Both the position numbers and the translations under genes were made by a program. From contig NC_087437.1 in NCBI RefSeq assembly GCF_036321535.1, positions 114,330,001 to 114,394,000 on the forward strand: a stretch of 64,000 nt of DNA, given 5' to 3'. How positions within the stretch are numbered: position 1 is the stretch's first letter; every line of letters starts with the position of its first letter. Shown in pieces: positions 13,490 through 26,820 of the stretch. Source of the DNA: Camelus dromedarius. Taxonomy: Eukaryota. The notes below the pieces were generated by a model, which had not been told where the DNA came from, did not search any database, and was given only the letters and a program-made list of their open reading frames with translations.

Positions 13490-13805
13490 AGACATGTGCT
13501 GACTGCTCAGATCCTCCTTCAAAGAAGGGCTTGCCGCCCCAGCTATCCATCCTCCAGAGCTGTCTGAGCTTCAGAGAGACCCCACCCAAGGTCATGGCCT
13601 TCCAGGACCTTGTACACCCAGGGACCAGCCATTTCCAGCCAAAGTGGGCTCCTCTAACCACGACCCTCACAGTAGAGCTCCCCCTCCAGGTTGACAGAGG
13701 TACTGTCCTGCCCAATGCTACCTCTCCACTGTTCCTTTTACAGGTGTTGTTTCTTAAAAATATACTACACACCAAATTCCACCTCTGAGTCTGCTTCCAG
13801 AAAAT
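13490..13805 (+). mobile_element. LTR16-like ERVL solo LTR
   Basis: ctgctcagatcctccttcaa at the start, cccaaggtcatggcct internally, ctctgagtctgcttccag at the end; resembles the LTR at 31522-31888. Confidence 0.72.
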
Positions 13806-14480
13806 TTGCTAGATTCTGCATCTAACTTTGGCTGGCAAGGAGTGATACTGGCCCAGATATGAAGCTGGAAAGAATATCTAGGGAAAGAAAAGATCCTGTG
13901 TCCATGCCCTTGTAACTTGAGTTACACGTGGTGCAGATGGAGGGCTAAAGTGTACGGAAAAAGTCTCCACCCTGGTCATGGACAGATTTGAGGTCCCACT
14001 GACTTAAAGAGCAGAGGAGGAATCTCCATAAAACAGCCCTAAAACTTAGGAGTTTATCTCCCCAGAAGGAGTCTGAAAAAGTCCCCCTGTGGCTGTGGAA
14101 TCAAATCCCCAAAGCCAGATAATGTATTTTTTAAAGGATGGTGCGATAAGGACATTGAAACCTGATGTTTCTGATTATACAGATCAATTCTAAAAATCAT
14201 ACATGCTTGGCTAAGAAAAGCTCACCCAAAAGGCACTTCACACTCTAACATTATGGGGGGAAAAAAGATATAAAAAGTCTTGTGATTTGTGCAAAAAGTT
14301 CTTTGGCTGGTAGTAATTGTTTCATAATTTTTTTTTCACATTTCCACTTAATCAAGGTCAAAAGAAGCTAAGTAGAAGGAGGGAGTGGTAGGAGTAAATT
14401 GTTCCATGAAAATTTTTGAGCTGATTAAAAATTTACAGAGACAAGAATCCATTCCAAGCACAATCATGCCGTATCTCCTG

Positions 14481-14580
14481 TATAAAGGGAGCCTGGTTAC
14501 TTAACTCTAAACCCTGCCTTTCGGGCTATCTGATTACCCCTTATCAGGGGCCATTAGTGTCTGATAATAGCAACCAATCC
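14481..14580. promoter_or_regulatory. Candidate GATA-site cluster (enhancer-like)
   Basis: WGATAR sites at 14526-31, 14541-46 and 14562-67, with tataaa at 14481 and ccaat at 14574, in non-repeat sequence. Confidence 0.3.
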
Positions 14581-15329
14581 CTTGTTCAGTCAGCCCTAAT
14601 TTCGTTAAAGAAAAATCCCCTGCTTTGGCTGCAACTCCTCCTCTTGCTCATCCAATGGAGCGACACAAGGCATAAAGATATACTTTAAGATCTGGTACCA
14701 AAAGACAAGGTCACTCCCTCCTGTCCACAAACACACCTTTCCACATTCCTGTCCCAGAAGCAGCAGCATCTTCCTGCCCCAGGTGATGACAAGCAACAGA
14801 GAAATGAAATAACACGCAATATTTATTATAATTACAAAACATCTAGAACACAAATTAACAGGACTGTAGAGATCTTTTCTCCCAGCCCCTCCTTTTTTTG
14901 GGTCAGGAAACAGAAGCCCACAGCCTCCTAGGGCAGCAGAGGTCAAGTCTAGATTTCTGATTCCCCAACCAGGCTTATTTCCACCAAGACAAGGTAAGAC
15001 CCACATCACATCAAGTTTTCCACAACACAACTTAGGGAGAAAATTCAAACTACTCAGCCCAGTTTGTTCCAGAAATGTCATCTCACCTTTGCCATTGTGT
15101 GTCTTACGGCATTTCTAGACATTTTAAAGGGAATTCTGACTAACTGAGTTCCACCACCATAGAATGATGGCTAGAGTGGGAAAAATCCCCTTTGAAGTAA
15201 AAAGTCCGTGGCTATTGACCTCTGGTTTAAAATGCAGTTTTTCCCTAGTCTCCACGTCGGAGAAGAAAAAAAAAGATATGGAAAAGAAGATACAGGAAAA
15301 AAAAAAAAAAAGGAAACCCACAAGAAGAG

Positions 15330-18300
15330 TGGAACTATGATCGGCAGACAGACTATTACGGGAATATGGAAGGAGTGGTGCTGATGACGTAGGCAGGGCC
15401 GACGGCCGCCCCGCCAGCACTCAGCCCTGCTTTCTGCCTCCACCCTCGGAAACCAAGTTCTGTGGGCATCAGAAAACGGCGCAGCCATCCCCACGTTGTG
15501 TGGGCGCCAGTTTTGAGGTGGCTAGAATCCCTTCAGAGCCTCGCTTTATACTTTTATCTGAAGAAGGAAACTAAGCAAATGACTTGGGGATGGCAGGGAA
15601 GTGGGGACCAGGGAGGGCGCATTCCCGCTGGGAAGCGCAGTGCCACGTGCTGAGGCGGGTCAAGGGCTTCAGCAGGAGATGGGGGGGGGGGGGGGGTTCA
15701 CATATTTTCATCCATCCTTCCAGTTCAGTGTGTCAGGAAGGCAGATGGTAGAGCGGACCCCACTCAGCAAAGAGTGAGGGGAAAGAACCAAACTGTAGGA
15801 TGCAAATCAAGTGGACAAAATCCAAAGGTTGCTGGCGAGACCAGGAAGAATGTCAAGACAGCAACAGCGCTGGCCACCTTAAATTAAAAATCCGCTGTGA
15901 ATCTGGTTAAAGGCAGACTTGACCGTGGAGAAAAAGGAAACCGTGATGGAAAGAAAAGCTGGGTGTTGGGGGTGAACGGGAAGAGATAAGGAGATACAAA
16001 CGACGAGCAAGAAGACGGCAGATCGCGGAACCGACCCGGCAGCTGAGATACCGCGAGCTCTTGGGGCGGTAGTACAGCCAGAAAGGCTGAAAAGAAAGTT
16101 TTGATTTAAAATAAGTTACTAAAACATTAGAGTTCAAAAAACATCTGAGTATGTGGAGGAAAAGGGTTCTTTCACCACGTTCCAACCCAAACTGATGAGA
16201 GAAGCCCCCATCAAAACACATTTCTGACAACTCTTAAATCACATAAATGGAGAAGGAGGTGAACAAGCAACCAGGCAGAGGGGAAAAGGGAAAGAAAAAT
16301 AAGTTTCTACAACAGAACAAAAATCAAAGCAGCATCAGATGCTCCTTCCATAACACTGAAAACAAAAAGAAAATACAACTAGTTTTGCCTAAATTCAAAC
16401 AGGAAAGAAAAAAAAAAAGATCATTAAGAGACATAAACCAAATGATCAAGAGGTGACTCAAAAAAATAAGATTTTGTGACCTAAATGGACATGAGAATTC
16501 ATTAAAAATGATCCAAATAAAGATTATAAAAGCCTTTAGCTGACCAAACTAAATATAAATGCAAAATACCTCTTAAAAATAAAGAATAGGCTGAAAAAAA
16601 AACTCATTTAATATCAATAACCTTAGTCTAAAGATACAGGTTATATTTTTTAAATCTCAGAAATGGGAAAAGGAAGTAAAAACACATTAAATCCCTTACT
16701 TGATATAGAAAGCTTTTTTTTAAATGATCTCATTCTTAATTTTGACTATTATAGAAATACATATTTTAAATTACTTCAACTTAAAGAGCCCCTAGGAAAA
16801 CTAAAACTAGAGCACATCAACTCAAAATCACAGGAGAGTGTAAAGGTTAAAAAATAAGGACAGAAAAAGAACTCGAAAGAATAAAAAACATCAGAAAGAG
16901 AATTTTACCCAAAAAAAAACCCGTAAGTATGATGGCAAAAATAAATAACATTAAAAGATGATCAAATTGAATTTTAAAAATCAAACATATCCTGCTCTTA
17001 AGAGATATATTGAAATAAAATGACCAAGAAAAGTTAAGAGAGAGCAGAAAGATTTATTACACAAATTTTAAAGCAGATTGAAAAAATAGGGAAGTATGGA
17101 AATGTTTTTATTTATGACAGAGTTGAATTCTTAGTAGACTATTAAAGAGGACAAAGACTGGAATTTTATATCAAAAAAGATGGAATCCAAAATGAATACA
17201 AAACAATAATAAATATTTGTTAAATACCATAATATCATAACATGAAATAAAAATAATTAGAAATTAATAATTAATTATAATAATTAAGAATAATATTTAA
17301 GCAAAAAAGGAAGCTACTACATAGAAATCAACAAGCACTCTCTAATAAAAAATTAAAAACAACCAACAAGTAGACTTTTTAAAAATGAGTAATATTTTAA
17401 AACTATCAAAACTTTTAAGGTAGGATTAAATAGTCCTCATAGGAAAGTTCACATTTAAATTCTCTTAGTATTAAAAAAAGAATAAAATTAAAAGAACTAA
17501 GCCCTCTATGTAAAAAGCAAGCAAATCTATAGGAGAGGGAAAAGAATTTTAATATTAGTGTTGTTGAACAAACTGTAGAATTAACAGGTAAATCTTGGAA
17601 TTGATTCTTTGGAAAACATAAACAAATACACACACAGTTCTAGTCACTCAAAACAAGAAAATTAAATTAGAAAATGATAATATACCTATAGAAATGAAAA
17701 AAATATAAAAATGACCCCAAATTCAAAGGAGGTTTAAAAATATAAAAGCATATTTTATATAAGGAGATCTATGCTAATCCCCTTGAAAGTCTTCAAGAAA
17801 TGGCAGATTCTTTTAAGAAAATAAAAGTAAAAACATCTCACTCAGATAAGCCAAAACTTTAGAAACATTGGAAAAGTTATCCACAATTTACCTCCAAGGG
17901 GTTACAGACCATTATCAGGCTTTCTAGACACACTTTCAAGTAAGGAATAGATTATTTTTATAATGTATAAATCACTTCAGAGCATAGGAAATAGAGAAAA
18001 CTTGCCAACACCATTTATACAACCAGTCTAATCCTGAACAAAACCAGGAAACAGAGAAAAGAGACAAACCAAAGAAAAAGAAAAAATCCTATAGACCAAT
18101 CTCATAACCATAGACACAAAAATTCTAAATCGAATACCATAAGCGAATTTCACATTATTTTAGAAGAACAACCCACCTAATGAGATTTACACAAGGACTT
18201 CATAGGCCATTTACTATTAAGCATTGTATTAATAGAATATGACACATCAGGGCCAGTATGGAAAACAGTGTGACACTCTCAACTATATCCAAAGAGTTCC
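15330..18300 (+). mobile_element. Long decayed L1M (probable 5'UTR, ORF1, ORF2 to RT)
   Basis: GC/CpG-rich start, then an ORF1-like coiled coil (KSAVNLVKGRLDRGEK at ~15890), very A-rich body, and RT motif cctatagaccaatctc...atagacacaaaaattctaaat (YRPISL.NID.KILN) at ~18090-18130. Confidence 0.72.
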
Positions 18301-21300
18301 GAAGGTCAGCTGTTCACATACTATCTAGATATTGAAGGATAAAAATTAATTTCCAGATAGCTAGATAATTCTTTGAGAAAAAGATCAAAGTCTAAACTAT
18401 CCAGCTCTCTGGGATTAAATATTCATTAATTCAAATAGAATATTCTTTGAGAAAGAAATATTATGCTACAGACCACTTTCTTATTATTATGAGCTTTAGG
18501 AACTCCCCAATTGAACCAAAGAACACCTCCAGAGCCTCAACCTGGCTGTCATTTGACACAGATCATAGCCCTTCTGTAGGTCATTGGTTTCTTGTCCATC
18601 TCCCTCCATGACTAAGCTACACTTCATCTCCTCTTCATCCTCTGCATCCCCTCCAGGAAATTACTGGGAACACCCTCTTCCCTCGGGGCCCCAGTGCTAT
18701 CAGAACTCTCTGTCCTGATTCTTCTCCTGGTTCTCTCCTCTGAGACCACAGACTCCCGGGGCCCTGGGTGGTGTGGCCATGGAATTTCATTAACACCCTC
18801 ACACAATACAGAGTAAGCACTCACTCTGTTTTGATTCTTTGTTTAATTAATCAATCCAAAAATTGACAGGTACATATCTGCATTGATTCCTGTGTCACAA
18901 AGCAATTCTAAACTAATAATTGAGTCCCATTTCCCTCCAACAAATGGATCCAAAACTCCTATGCACTCACACACATACGTACACACCCGGCAAGCTTTAA
19001 AGCGTTTCCCAATTCCAACATTTGCACTTGAAGTTTTAATACTTGCCACATGAATCTGTCGAATAAAGCTAAAAAGCAATCTTTTTCTCTTCCTGGTTTG
19101 GTTTTACCTGTGTAGACAGTAAGAAAACACAACTAGGCTAATCCAGGTTTCCCGTTTCAATTATCCGCTGGTAAGGGGTGGTCTTCCAAGGAAACTCTAG
19201 CCCAGAGAATTTACCTTACTCAGCTAATGGCCTGAACATCTCCCCTTGGCTAAATCCAAGTAAACTCCCCTCTCTTTTAAGAGGCAACTTTCTCTTTTTT
19301 TACATTTCCTGTTCCAAGTGATACTAACCAAGGTCATACTAACATGGCCAGGTCCCACCCATTAACCAATTCACCAGTCTTCTTGGGAATAGAAATAGCT
19401 CTAAGGACTAAGAATCCTAAGCATTGCACATATTAACAGAGGGGAAAAAAAGAACTGTTCTGCTTCATTTTTCCAACACTGAAATGATAACGTAGATAAA
19501 ACCTCCGGAATTCACCACGGAACTGGTTGAAATAAATAATCAGTGAAATGACGATGGAAAATGGTTCATCTGTATGTACCTTGGTGCCTTTTGAGCCCGA
19601 GGTTCTAAAGAGTTTGTCACTCTGATCTCTAATTGGGCTTTGAAATGGATTTTTTAAAAGAATCAAGCCACTCTTAAAAGTTCAGTTAGATGCAAGGGAG
19701 CAGATGCAGGGAAGGAGAATATTAGTGGATGGCCTGAAGAAAGGGTACAGCAGACAGACAAGATAAGCAGTAGCGGCAAGACCACATTTGCATCGCACAA
19801 AGGGAAGAAGAGATTGGCACTGATCCAGGAAACCTGAGCTATGAAGTCAGCAAATCCAAATTATTCCGTACAAATCCCCATTTTCAAAAGATGGGCCAGG
19901 TTCATAAATATATCCATGAGCCCATCTCCTAAACGCACAGTTGCCTGCCTAAATATTTTAGATGTAGGAAGTACAGCATCAACTGAGTTAAAAAGCAATT
20001 TTTACCCATCTTCTTATATCACAAAGCAATTATTGCTCACTCACCACTTAATTTGTTCTGACAACCTAATGTCAGATAATACCAAAGAAAACAAATGAAA
20101 AATAGAAGGAATAGTTAGTCTCCTATATGATAAATGTTTATGCCAAAAAAGATTAGTTAAAAATCCATCTTCCTCCACCTGAATTCAGAGAATGTTTAAG
20201 GGAACTGTCAGTAAAATCATTACTAATGAAGTACCAGACTATGCGACACTATGAGTAGAAAGGAAATTTAAGAGATAAATGCAATTGCAGATGTCACAGA
20301 TTTTTCATTAATGAATGAAGATGTTGGGAAAGTTCACATTTTTGGAACAGCCTATGATCATGACAAGTATTCAAAGCATCAAATCTTATTCAATCCTGTA
20401 TTCTCATCCAACACTCAGCCTTCTCCCTGTGCTCCTCCTATTATGTTTTGGCATTTGACCTTTCCTATAAAAATTGTAAAGGAAACTATTGGAATCCTCC
20501 ATCCCCAACAACCAAACACCAAACCTACTTTCTTGGCTAGCATTGTCTCTAGGATTATAAACCATCCATCTTTGAATTACAAACCATCATCACTCAGCCA
20601 ATTCTCGAAGGCATCCCAAAACACCAGCAAGTGGCCCACAAGAAGACAGCTTCGCTTCTTGTGAAAGGTACGGGGCTTGATCTACAGATGTCCGCCCAAC
20701 TACACGTCTGGACCCTAGGTTCTGGCATGGTGGGGAGAGAGCAGTGAAATTCACAAAGACAACATGGGAAAGAAAAGAAAGGCGCGAGAGTGAGGGCTGA
20801 CAGTGTGGCAGTTTGCAAAGCAGATTTCAAGTGATTGGTCCCTGCAAAGAAGGCTATATCCACCCACTCCTTTTGTCTGGTAACTTGGTCTTTTTCATGG
20901 AGGAGAGCCTTTTCCTTCTTCCAAAGAACAATGGGGAGATACCTCAGAGAGAAGAACAAGAATTCACCATCCCCTAGACTTCTCCTAGAACATTTAAATC
21001 TCAGTTTATTTTTACTGCTCATGTCAACTTGAGAAATCAAACGAACTTCCATGGCAATGTCCTCAAGTCCAGGCAATGTCCAACATTGCCCTTCCCCATT
21101 TCCTTGGTGCTGATGGGAGGAGCAGTTGTACTTTATTCTTGGACAGACAGACTGGGAATTGATTGGCTCTGTAGCCACTGTTCCGGAAAAATTCCTTAAA
21201 AACAAAAACAAAAACTCAACAAAGAAACTAATGAAAACCTTCATGGTGAGGTACTGTCAACATAGAAAGCTCAAAGATTCTAATTTCCCCTTTTTTAGTT

Positions 21301-22426
21301 GCACCAAAAGCCAAGAACCGGAATCATAACATATGCAAGATTGCTTAGAGAGACCCCCCAAAGATGTACCAACCCTATAACTTGGACTTCCCCTCTAAGT
21401 CCACATGAATAATATTCTTGTTGTATTGAGTATATTTTTAGTTAGAAGTAATACAGTTCTTGTTTCAGTGACGGGCAGTTAGGACTATATGGCTTTGAGC
21501 AAAACCCATAAAGCTAATAACAGCCAACTCACTTATGCAGAGAGGAGGGAATTCTGCCAAGAACTGAGACCCAGATCTAGACCAAGACTTAGATGAAAGA
21601 GAGCCAGGCTTTTGACCGTGCACGCCTTCCTCCAAGAATCCAACCTGTGCCAGTGCCAGGGGGTCCAAGAGCCTGTGGAGAAAGGAGGACACAAGGCTGG
21701 GGGTGACAAAATTCATAACTAGCCAGGGCAGGGCAGGACTCCAATCCCAGTGGGAAACAAGTGCATAAACTGGGAACTAAGGAAGGAGACTCAACAGTGG
21801 ACCACTCACCCCAGCTTTCATGAGAGATTAGAAGATTTTCTAAATAATGCTGCCGGCTGCATGTGGGGTAAACAGAACACCTGGGTCTCACCAGACTCAG
21901 GGCAGAAGCAAATGAAAGGCACCCCAGGCCCCATTTGCCAGTCGAAATGGGCTCTTTAGTGCACTGGTTAGAACAGGCTCAAAGCCTGGGCAGGGCTTCA
22001 GCGTCCACAGCTGGGCCAGTGCGGGATGGACACAGTCCACGACCCAGAAACACAGAGGCAGCCCGGGAAAGCCGCGCGCACTTGTGCGGTCCGTTTCATA
22101 ATCGATGCAGAAGCCGTGCAGCCCCCGTGCCTGGAAGCAGCACTTCAATTACCAGAGCTGCCAGTGAGCTGAGTCACACGTTAAGTGATGTATTTGCCAT
22201 TGAATAGAGATTGCCCCAAAGTGCATACTCCCTTCTTCTTCAGACACTCACTGAGCACGAGTGGGCAAGATGCTGGAGTCTGAAGATAAATAAGCAGGTG
22301 GTCAGTGTGAAGACATCCATCCCCATGGCGTGTTGAGGGACCACAGAAAGTTTAAGCCCCAACTGTTATCCTCTTCCTTGTACTTAACAAGGGAATCCTG
22401 GCTCAAGAGTCAAGGTTTCCCAAAGT

Positions 22427-22502
22427 TTTCTTTCTTTTTTTCCTTCTTTCTTTCCTTCTTTCCCTCTTTCTTTCTTTCTTTCTTCCTTCCTTCCTTCCTT
22501 TC
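22427..22502 (+). repeat. (TTTC)n/(TTCC)n pyrimidine microsatellite
   Basis: Direct repeat. Confidence 0.9.
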
Positions 22503-23552
22503 GTTTTTACCAAGCTTTATCTTCATGGCTGTTTTGTAAGATGCTCTCCTGCTAAAGATGTGTTTCACTTTACGTGCAGTTTTTTTTTTTCTTTACCAAG
22601 TGCATTTTATAATGTATTTAATACTGATTGTGCTAAGGACATGTTGAGGTTTCAGGATCTGATATATTTTGTAACAGCGCTTTGGGAACCATATAATCAA
22701 TGAGAACTCTTTTACTCAACATTTGGTGCTATTTTCAAATAGTCACCATGTACACAAATGGAGCTATGCAGGCTGTTTCGTGCTTTCTCATTCTCCTTAG
22801 GAATAATACATATTCCATGAAGTTGAGCAAGATATGGGCCTTTTTTATAGGAAAAAATTCCCATCTTTACCACCTAATTCATCTTCAGACCCCACGTGCA
22901 CAGTGTTTGAGGATGGAGTATGTACGTCTGGAGTGATTCCTATTCAACACCAAATGCATTAGATCCCCAGTTGTTTAAATTCTAATGTGTCTTAAATATG
23001 AATCCACCAAAAACTAGGAATAAATTCCTTCTGCTTAGAATATTTCTGCAATTATAAATTAAATTAACATTTAAAAAATATATAATCAAAAGGATAAAAA
23101 GCCACAAAATTTCAAATTGAATCTATGTTAATATGGCAGGTGATGACATGACTATAAAAGTAATGGCTAAGGAAGCTGTGGCCTGAGTCTGGTCAGGTGA
23201 GTGGCGTTCATCATTATGTGCCTTGAGCTGTGTGCTTCTCCCAACAGTTGTCTCTACTCAAACTATGATAAGCCTTTGCTGGTGCAGCACTTAGGTGACA
23301 GCCTTGTCCCTCACGTGGAGATGAAGCTAGCTGTATATTCCCCAGGTCCACTTCTGTTCTTGCACTGGCAGCTGAAAATTCACATGAAAGTCTCCGCTGT
23401 CTTGCTATGCCAGGAGCTCTCTACCACAAACATGACCACAGAGTGCTTATCACCTTCTAATTATTTAATCAGTTTCACGTGGAGCATCTCCTGGCCGCCT
23501 CCGACGTTCAGAAGCAGGGCCCTGAAATACCTCCCAAAATCAGACTTGGGAT

Positions 23553-23571
23553 TATCGCCCAGATGGCGCTA
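23553..23571 (+). promoter_or_regulatory. Candidate CTCF motif (forward)
   Basis: tatcgcccagatggcgcta; two mismatches at the 5' end of the CCASYAGRKGGCRS core. Confidence 0.4.
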
Positions 23572-24739
23572 GGCTCCAAGAATCCACATGGAGTTTAAGT
23601 TCTAAAATCAGCACTGAAGGCAAAAGTTAAAGTCTAAAGCACCCTTGGAATGGTCTTAAACTGCAACCCAAGCATGAGATCCAAGGCTGTATCTACAGAG
23701 TCCTGTGTAACCATTCTGAGGCTCACTGAAGTTTGAGAACCACTGAGACAGACTAAAGGGAAGAACAAAAGAGAAGTCTCTCCATGGATGTCTGGGCATC
23801 CAAACCACCCCACGTGTCAGACAACCGCAGTCCCCGGGACGCATGGAAGACCGGTAGGGAATTCTGAAGCGTTCTGGTTTGCTGGGAGATTTATTGTTTT
23901 CTAGTCTTGAGCTTGAAACTTAAATGTGTCAGTCGATGCGGTCAGGTTGTAAGGTCTGAACATGATGATTCTGGAGTCTTATCCCAGGACAGGTGTGTAT
24001 AGTAAGTTGCTAAGTCACAAGTGCACGCATGCAATTCTGTTAATTCAACCTTGTGTGGAGAGTTGATTTGCCTTTTCTTGTTTATTCCTATAATTGATTC
24101 ATGACAAAACATATTTCCCCGAAATCTTCTTGTTGTAAAATATTTCTATTTTGGAAATGTACGATTCTAAATGTATTTACTGAAAAACCAAATGAATTTC
24201 AGAAATCAAGGATTTTAGACTGTGCCCAAAGAATCAGACTGCCATCAGAGAATCAGAAAAAAAATATATAGTACACATAAAAGTACCCTGTGCAAGAGCG
24301 AGGTTATTAAGATGGAAAGGCTGAAATATGGTAACAGATCTGTTGCCCTTAATCAAACCAAACCGACAATCAGAATATTTGGTCTGCATCATTTTCCAGG
24401 AAACATTTAACATCATGCATTTGGGTCCTCTTAAAGAAATATGGCCTCTGTAAATACTCAGCTCTAAGAACCAAAATGAGCGATTCTATCAAATTTTGCC
24501 CTGTTTAAACCTATGCAGTTCTGGCCTCCTGTCCTCAAGAGGATTTTTTTTTTTCTTATAGTAATTGCCTTTGCTCCTCCTTGGGCCACCTGGCTCTGAT
24601 CGTCCCCCTCCCATCCAGCCGCCATTTCACCCACTCCAGTTACCCCACTAAGAAACCCAGAAGTCTCTCCATTAACTGCACATCTAAGGACTCACCAGGC
24701 CCTGCTACTCACTCTGGGGAAGAGCCCAGGCAGGTCTCC

Positions 24740-25150
24740 CCTCACCTGAGATGCCACCTGGTCCAGGCCACCGTCATCTCCCACCCAAGCTATGGAAGTC
24801 CTCTCCTAATGGCATCCACTTGTGCTCCCAACAGCCTGCTCTCCACACAGCAGCAGAATGAGCTGAAAATGAAATCAAGAGTATTTCCTACTTGACCCTT
24901 TTATTTACTGCGCCTTTCTCCCAAACTCCTGACATAATCTCTCCCCAACCTGCCAGCCATGTTCCTCATAAGTTAGTCCCTGTCACCCTCTCCAGCCTCA
25001 GCAGGGGCCACTTTCCCCTTTTCACCACATCAGGCCACTCTCAGACTTTCTCAGGCCACAGCTCTGTGACCTGCCAGGGGCTGCACACCTCCCCGGCCCT
25101 TGGCCTGGGGTGCCCGTCCCTCCAAGGGGGCCTGAGCCCTCCCTACACCA
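24740..25150 (+). mobile_element. L2 fragment (continues at ~25990-26135)
   Basis: ggtccaggccaccgtcatctcccacc ... ctccacacagcagcaga; the later piece ends in the (gaat)n L2 tail. Confidence 0.7.
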
Positions 25151-25174
25151 CCAGACCGCCCCCCCTTGTTACCC

Positions 25175-25668
25175 GCACCCCAAAGATGTCTGAACCCTAA
25201 TGTCTGCAACCTGTGAATATGCTGCTTTACAGGGAAAAAAGGACCATGTAGATGTAATTAGGAATCTTGAGGTGGGAGATTGCCCTGGGTTATCCAGGCA
25301 GCCAGACGTGATCACAGGGGTCCTTAAAAGCAGAAGACTCTTATCATCTGTAGTCAGACAGAGATGTAAAGACAGAATACTGGTCAGACTGAAGCGATGC
25401 TGCTGGCTCTGAATATGGAGGATGGGGCCCTGAGTCAAGGAGTGAAGGCAGCGTCTAGAAGCTGGAACAGGCCAGGAAATGGAACTCCCCCTGGAGGCCC
25501 CTGGAGATTCCAGGAGGAAGGTGGCCGTGCTCACAACTTGGTTTTAAGCTGGTGAGACCCGTGCTATGGGATTTCTGACCCCCAGAACTTTGAGATCACA
25601 AATCTGCGTTGTTTTAAGGCACTGAGTTAGTGGTCATTTCTCGTAGCAGTCATAGGAAGCTCACACAC
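25175..25668 (+). mobile_element. MLT1D-like MaLR LTR
   Basis: cccaaagatgtc ... acctgtgaatatg ... cttgaggtgggagattgccctgggttatcc ... ctagaagctggaa ... ttgttttaaggcactgag ... gcagtcataggaagctcaca. Confidence 0.88.
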
Positions 25669-25704
25669 ACGGTACTGGTGGTATCTGTCACCCCTGTGAT
25701 ATTA

Positions 25705-25980
25705 GTAATTATACTGTGTGGCGGTTAAAACGCAGGCTCCGGAGTCAGGCGGGCTGGGCCAGGTTCCTGCTCTTCCACTCATCTGCCAGGCGCTTCGGGC
25801 AGGTGACCTAAAAAACGTGCTACGTTTCAATTCCCGGATCAGGAAGAGGAGGATAACAATGTCTATCTGCAAGGGCGGCCGTGAGAACTCGGTAAGAAAA
25901 TACGAAGATGTTCTCAGCACAGTGACGAGCACAGAGCAGGCCTTCAGCAAGTGTTAAGCCACAGCAGTATGACTGTTAGT
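25705..25980 (+). mobile_element. Near full-length MIR
   Basis: gtggcggttaaaacgcaggctccggagtcag ... gggcaggtgaccta ... ctcagcacagtgacgagcacagagcaggccttcagcaagtgtta. Confidence 0.8.
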
Positions 25981-26179
25981 TGTGGGGCTGTATTTTCCCC
26001 ACGACGCTGTAAACTCCGTGAAGACAGGCACTATGACGATTGTTCATCGCTATGTTTCCAGGGACAAGCACAGAGCTGGATGGAGTAAGTAATCAACGTA
26101 GAAACAAAAGGATGAATGAATGAATGAATGAATGGGTTTATATGTAAACACCTTGGGTACCAAACATTTCATCAAGGCA

Positions 26180-26820
26180 CTAATTCACACAGCGCAACGA
26201 CACGTACTGAGCATTGCTGTACACTCATTATGCCTGGTGCCCAAGGACAGAAAAACGAAAAGTGTCCCTCATTGTCTATGAGCCCAGGTTCTCAGTAGGT
26301 ACACACAGGGTGACAGCAGTAGGCAGCATGGCCTGTGTGTCATGAAGGTGACAAAGCCAGGGGACACCACAGAGATAGAAAAGAGCAAGCGATCTCACCT
26401 ATCTTAGGTGATCTGGGAAGCTTTCCTGGAGGTGGTGAGATGGGAGAGGGTCTTTGAGTCTAGGCAAAGTTTCCATTGGACAAGAGCCAAGAAGGACTAT
26501 TATCCCAGGGGTCTGTAAATGGTGCCAGCAAAGGTCCTGAGACAGGCAGATTGAAGATGCCTTTAGAGACTCTGGTAAAGAGTTAATATTGGGGAGAAGA
26601 CGGAAGCCCACAGGAGTTCGTTTGGGCCAGTTGTCAGATGGCTTTGAGCACCAGCTTCCCCTTAAAGAGAAGAGAGGATCATTTAAGATTTCCAACCCAG
26701 GGCTAACATAATGACACAAGTCTCTGAGACTATGGCAGGATGGGGCTGCACAAACAGCTGGCCTGCCTGATATACCCAGTGGTGAATCAATTCTGGGTTT
26801 GAAAAAGTGGGATGGGGGAC
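26180..26820 (-). mobile_element. L2 fragment
   Basis: tactgagca ... gggaagctttcctggaggtggtgag ... gatcatttaagatt, L2 antisense motifs. Confidence 0.55.

Noticed and set aside
15370..16080. CpG-rich patch resembling a gene promoter
   Set aside because: Better explained as the 5'UTR/ORF1 of the old L1 that continues to ~18.3 kb; promoter activity is not excluded.
20594..21244. Longest ORF in the window (216 aa, minus strand)
   Set aside because: No recognisable domain, low-complexity F/L-rich start derived from an A-rich tract, and no convincing splice context; compatible with chance.
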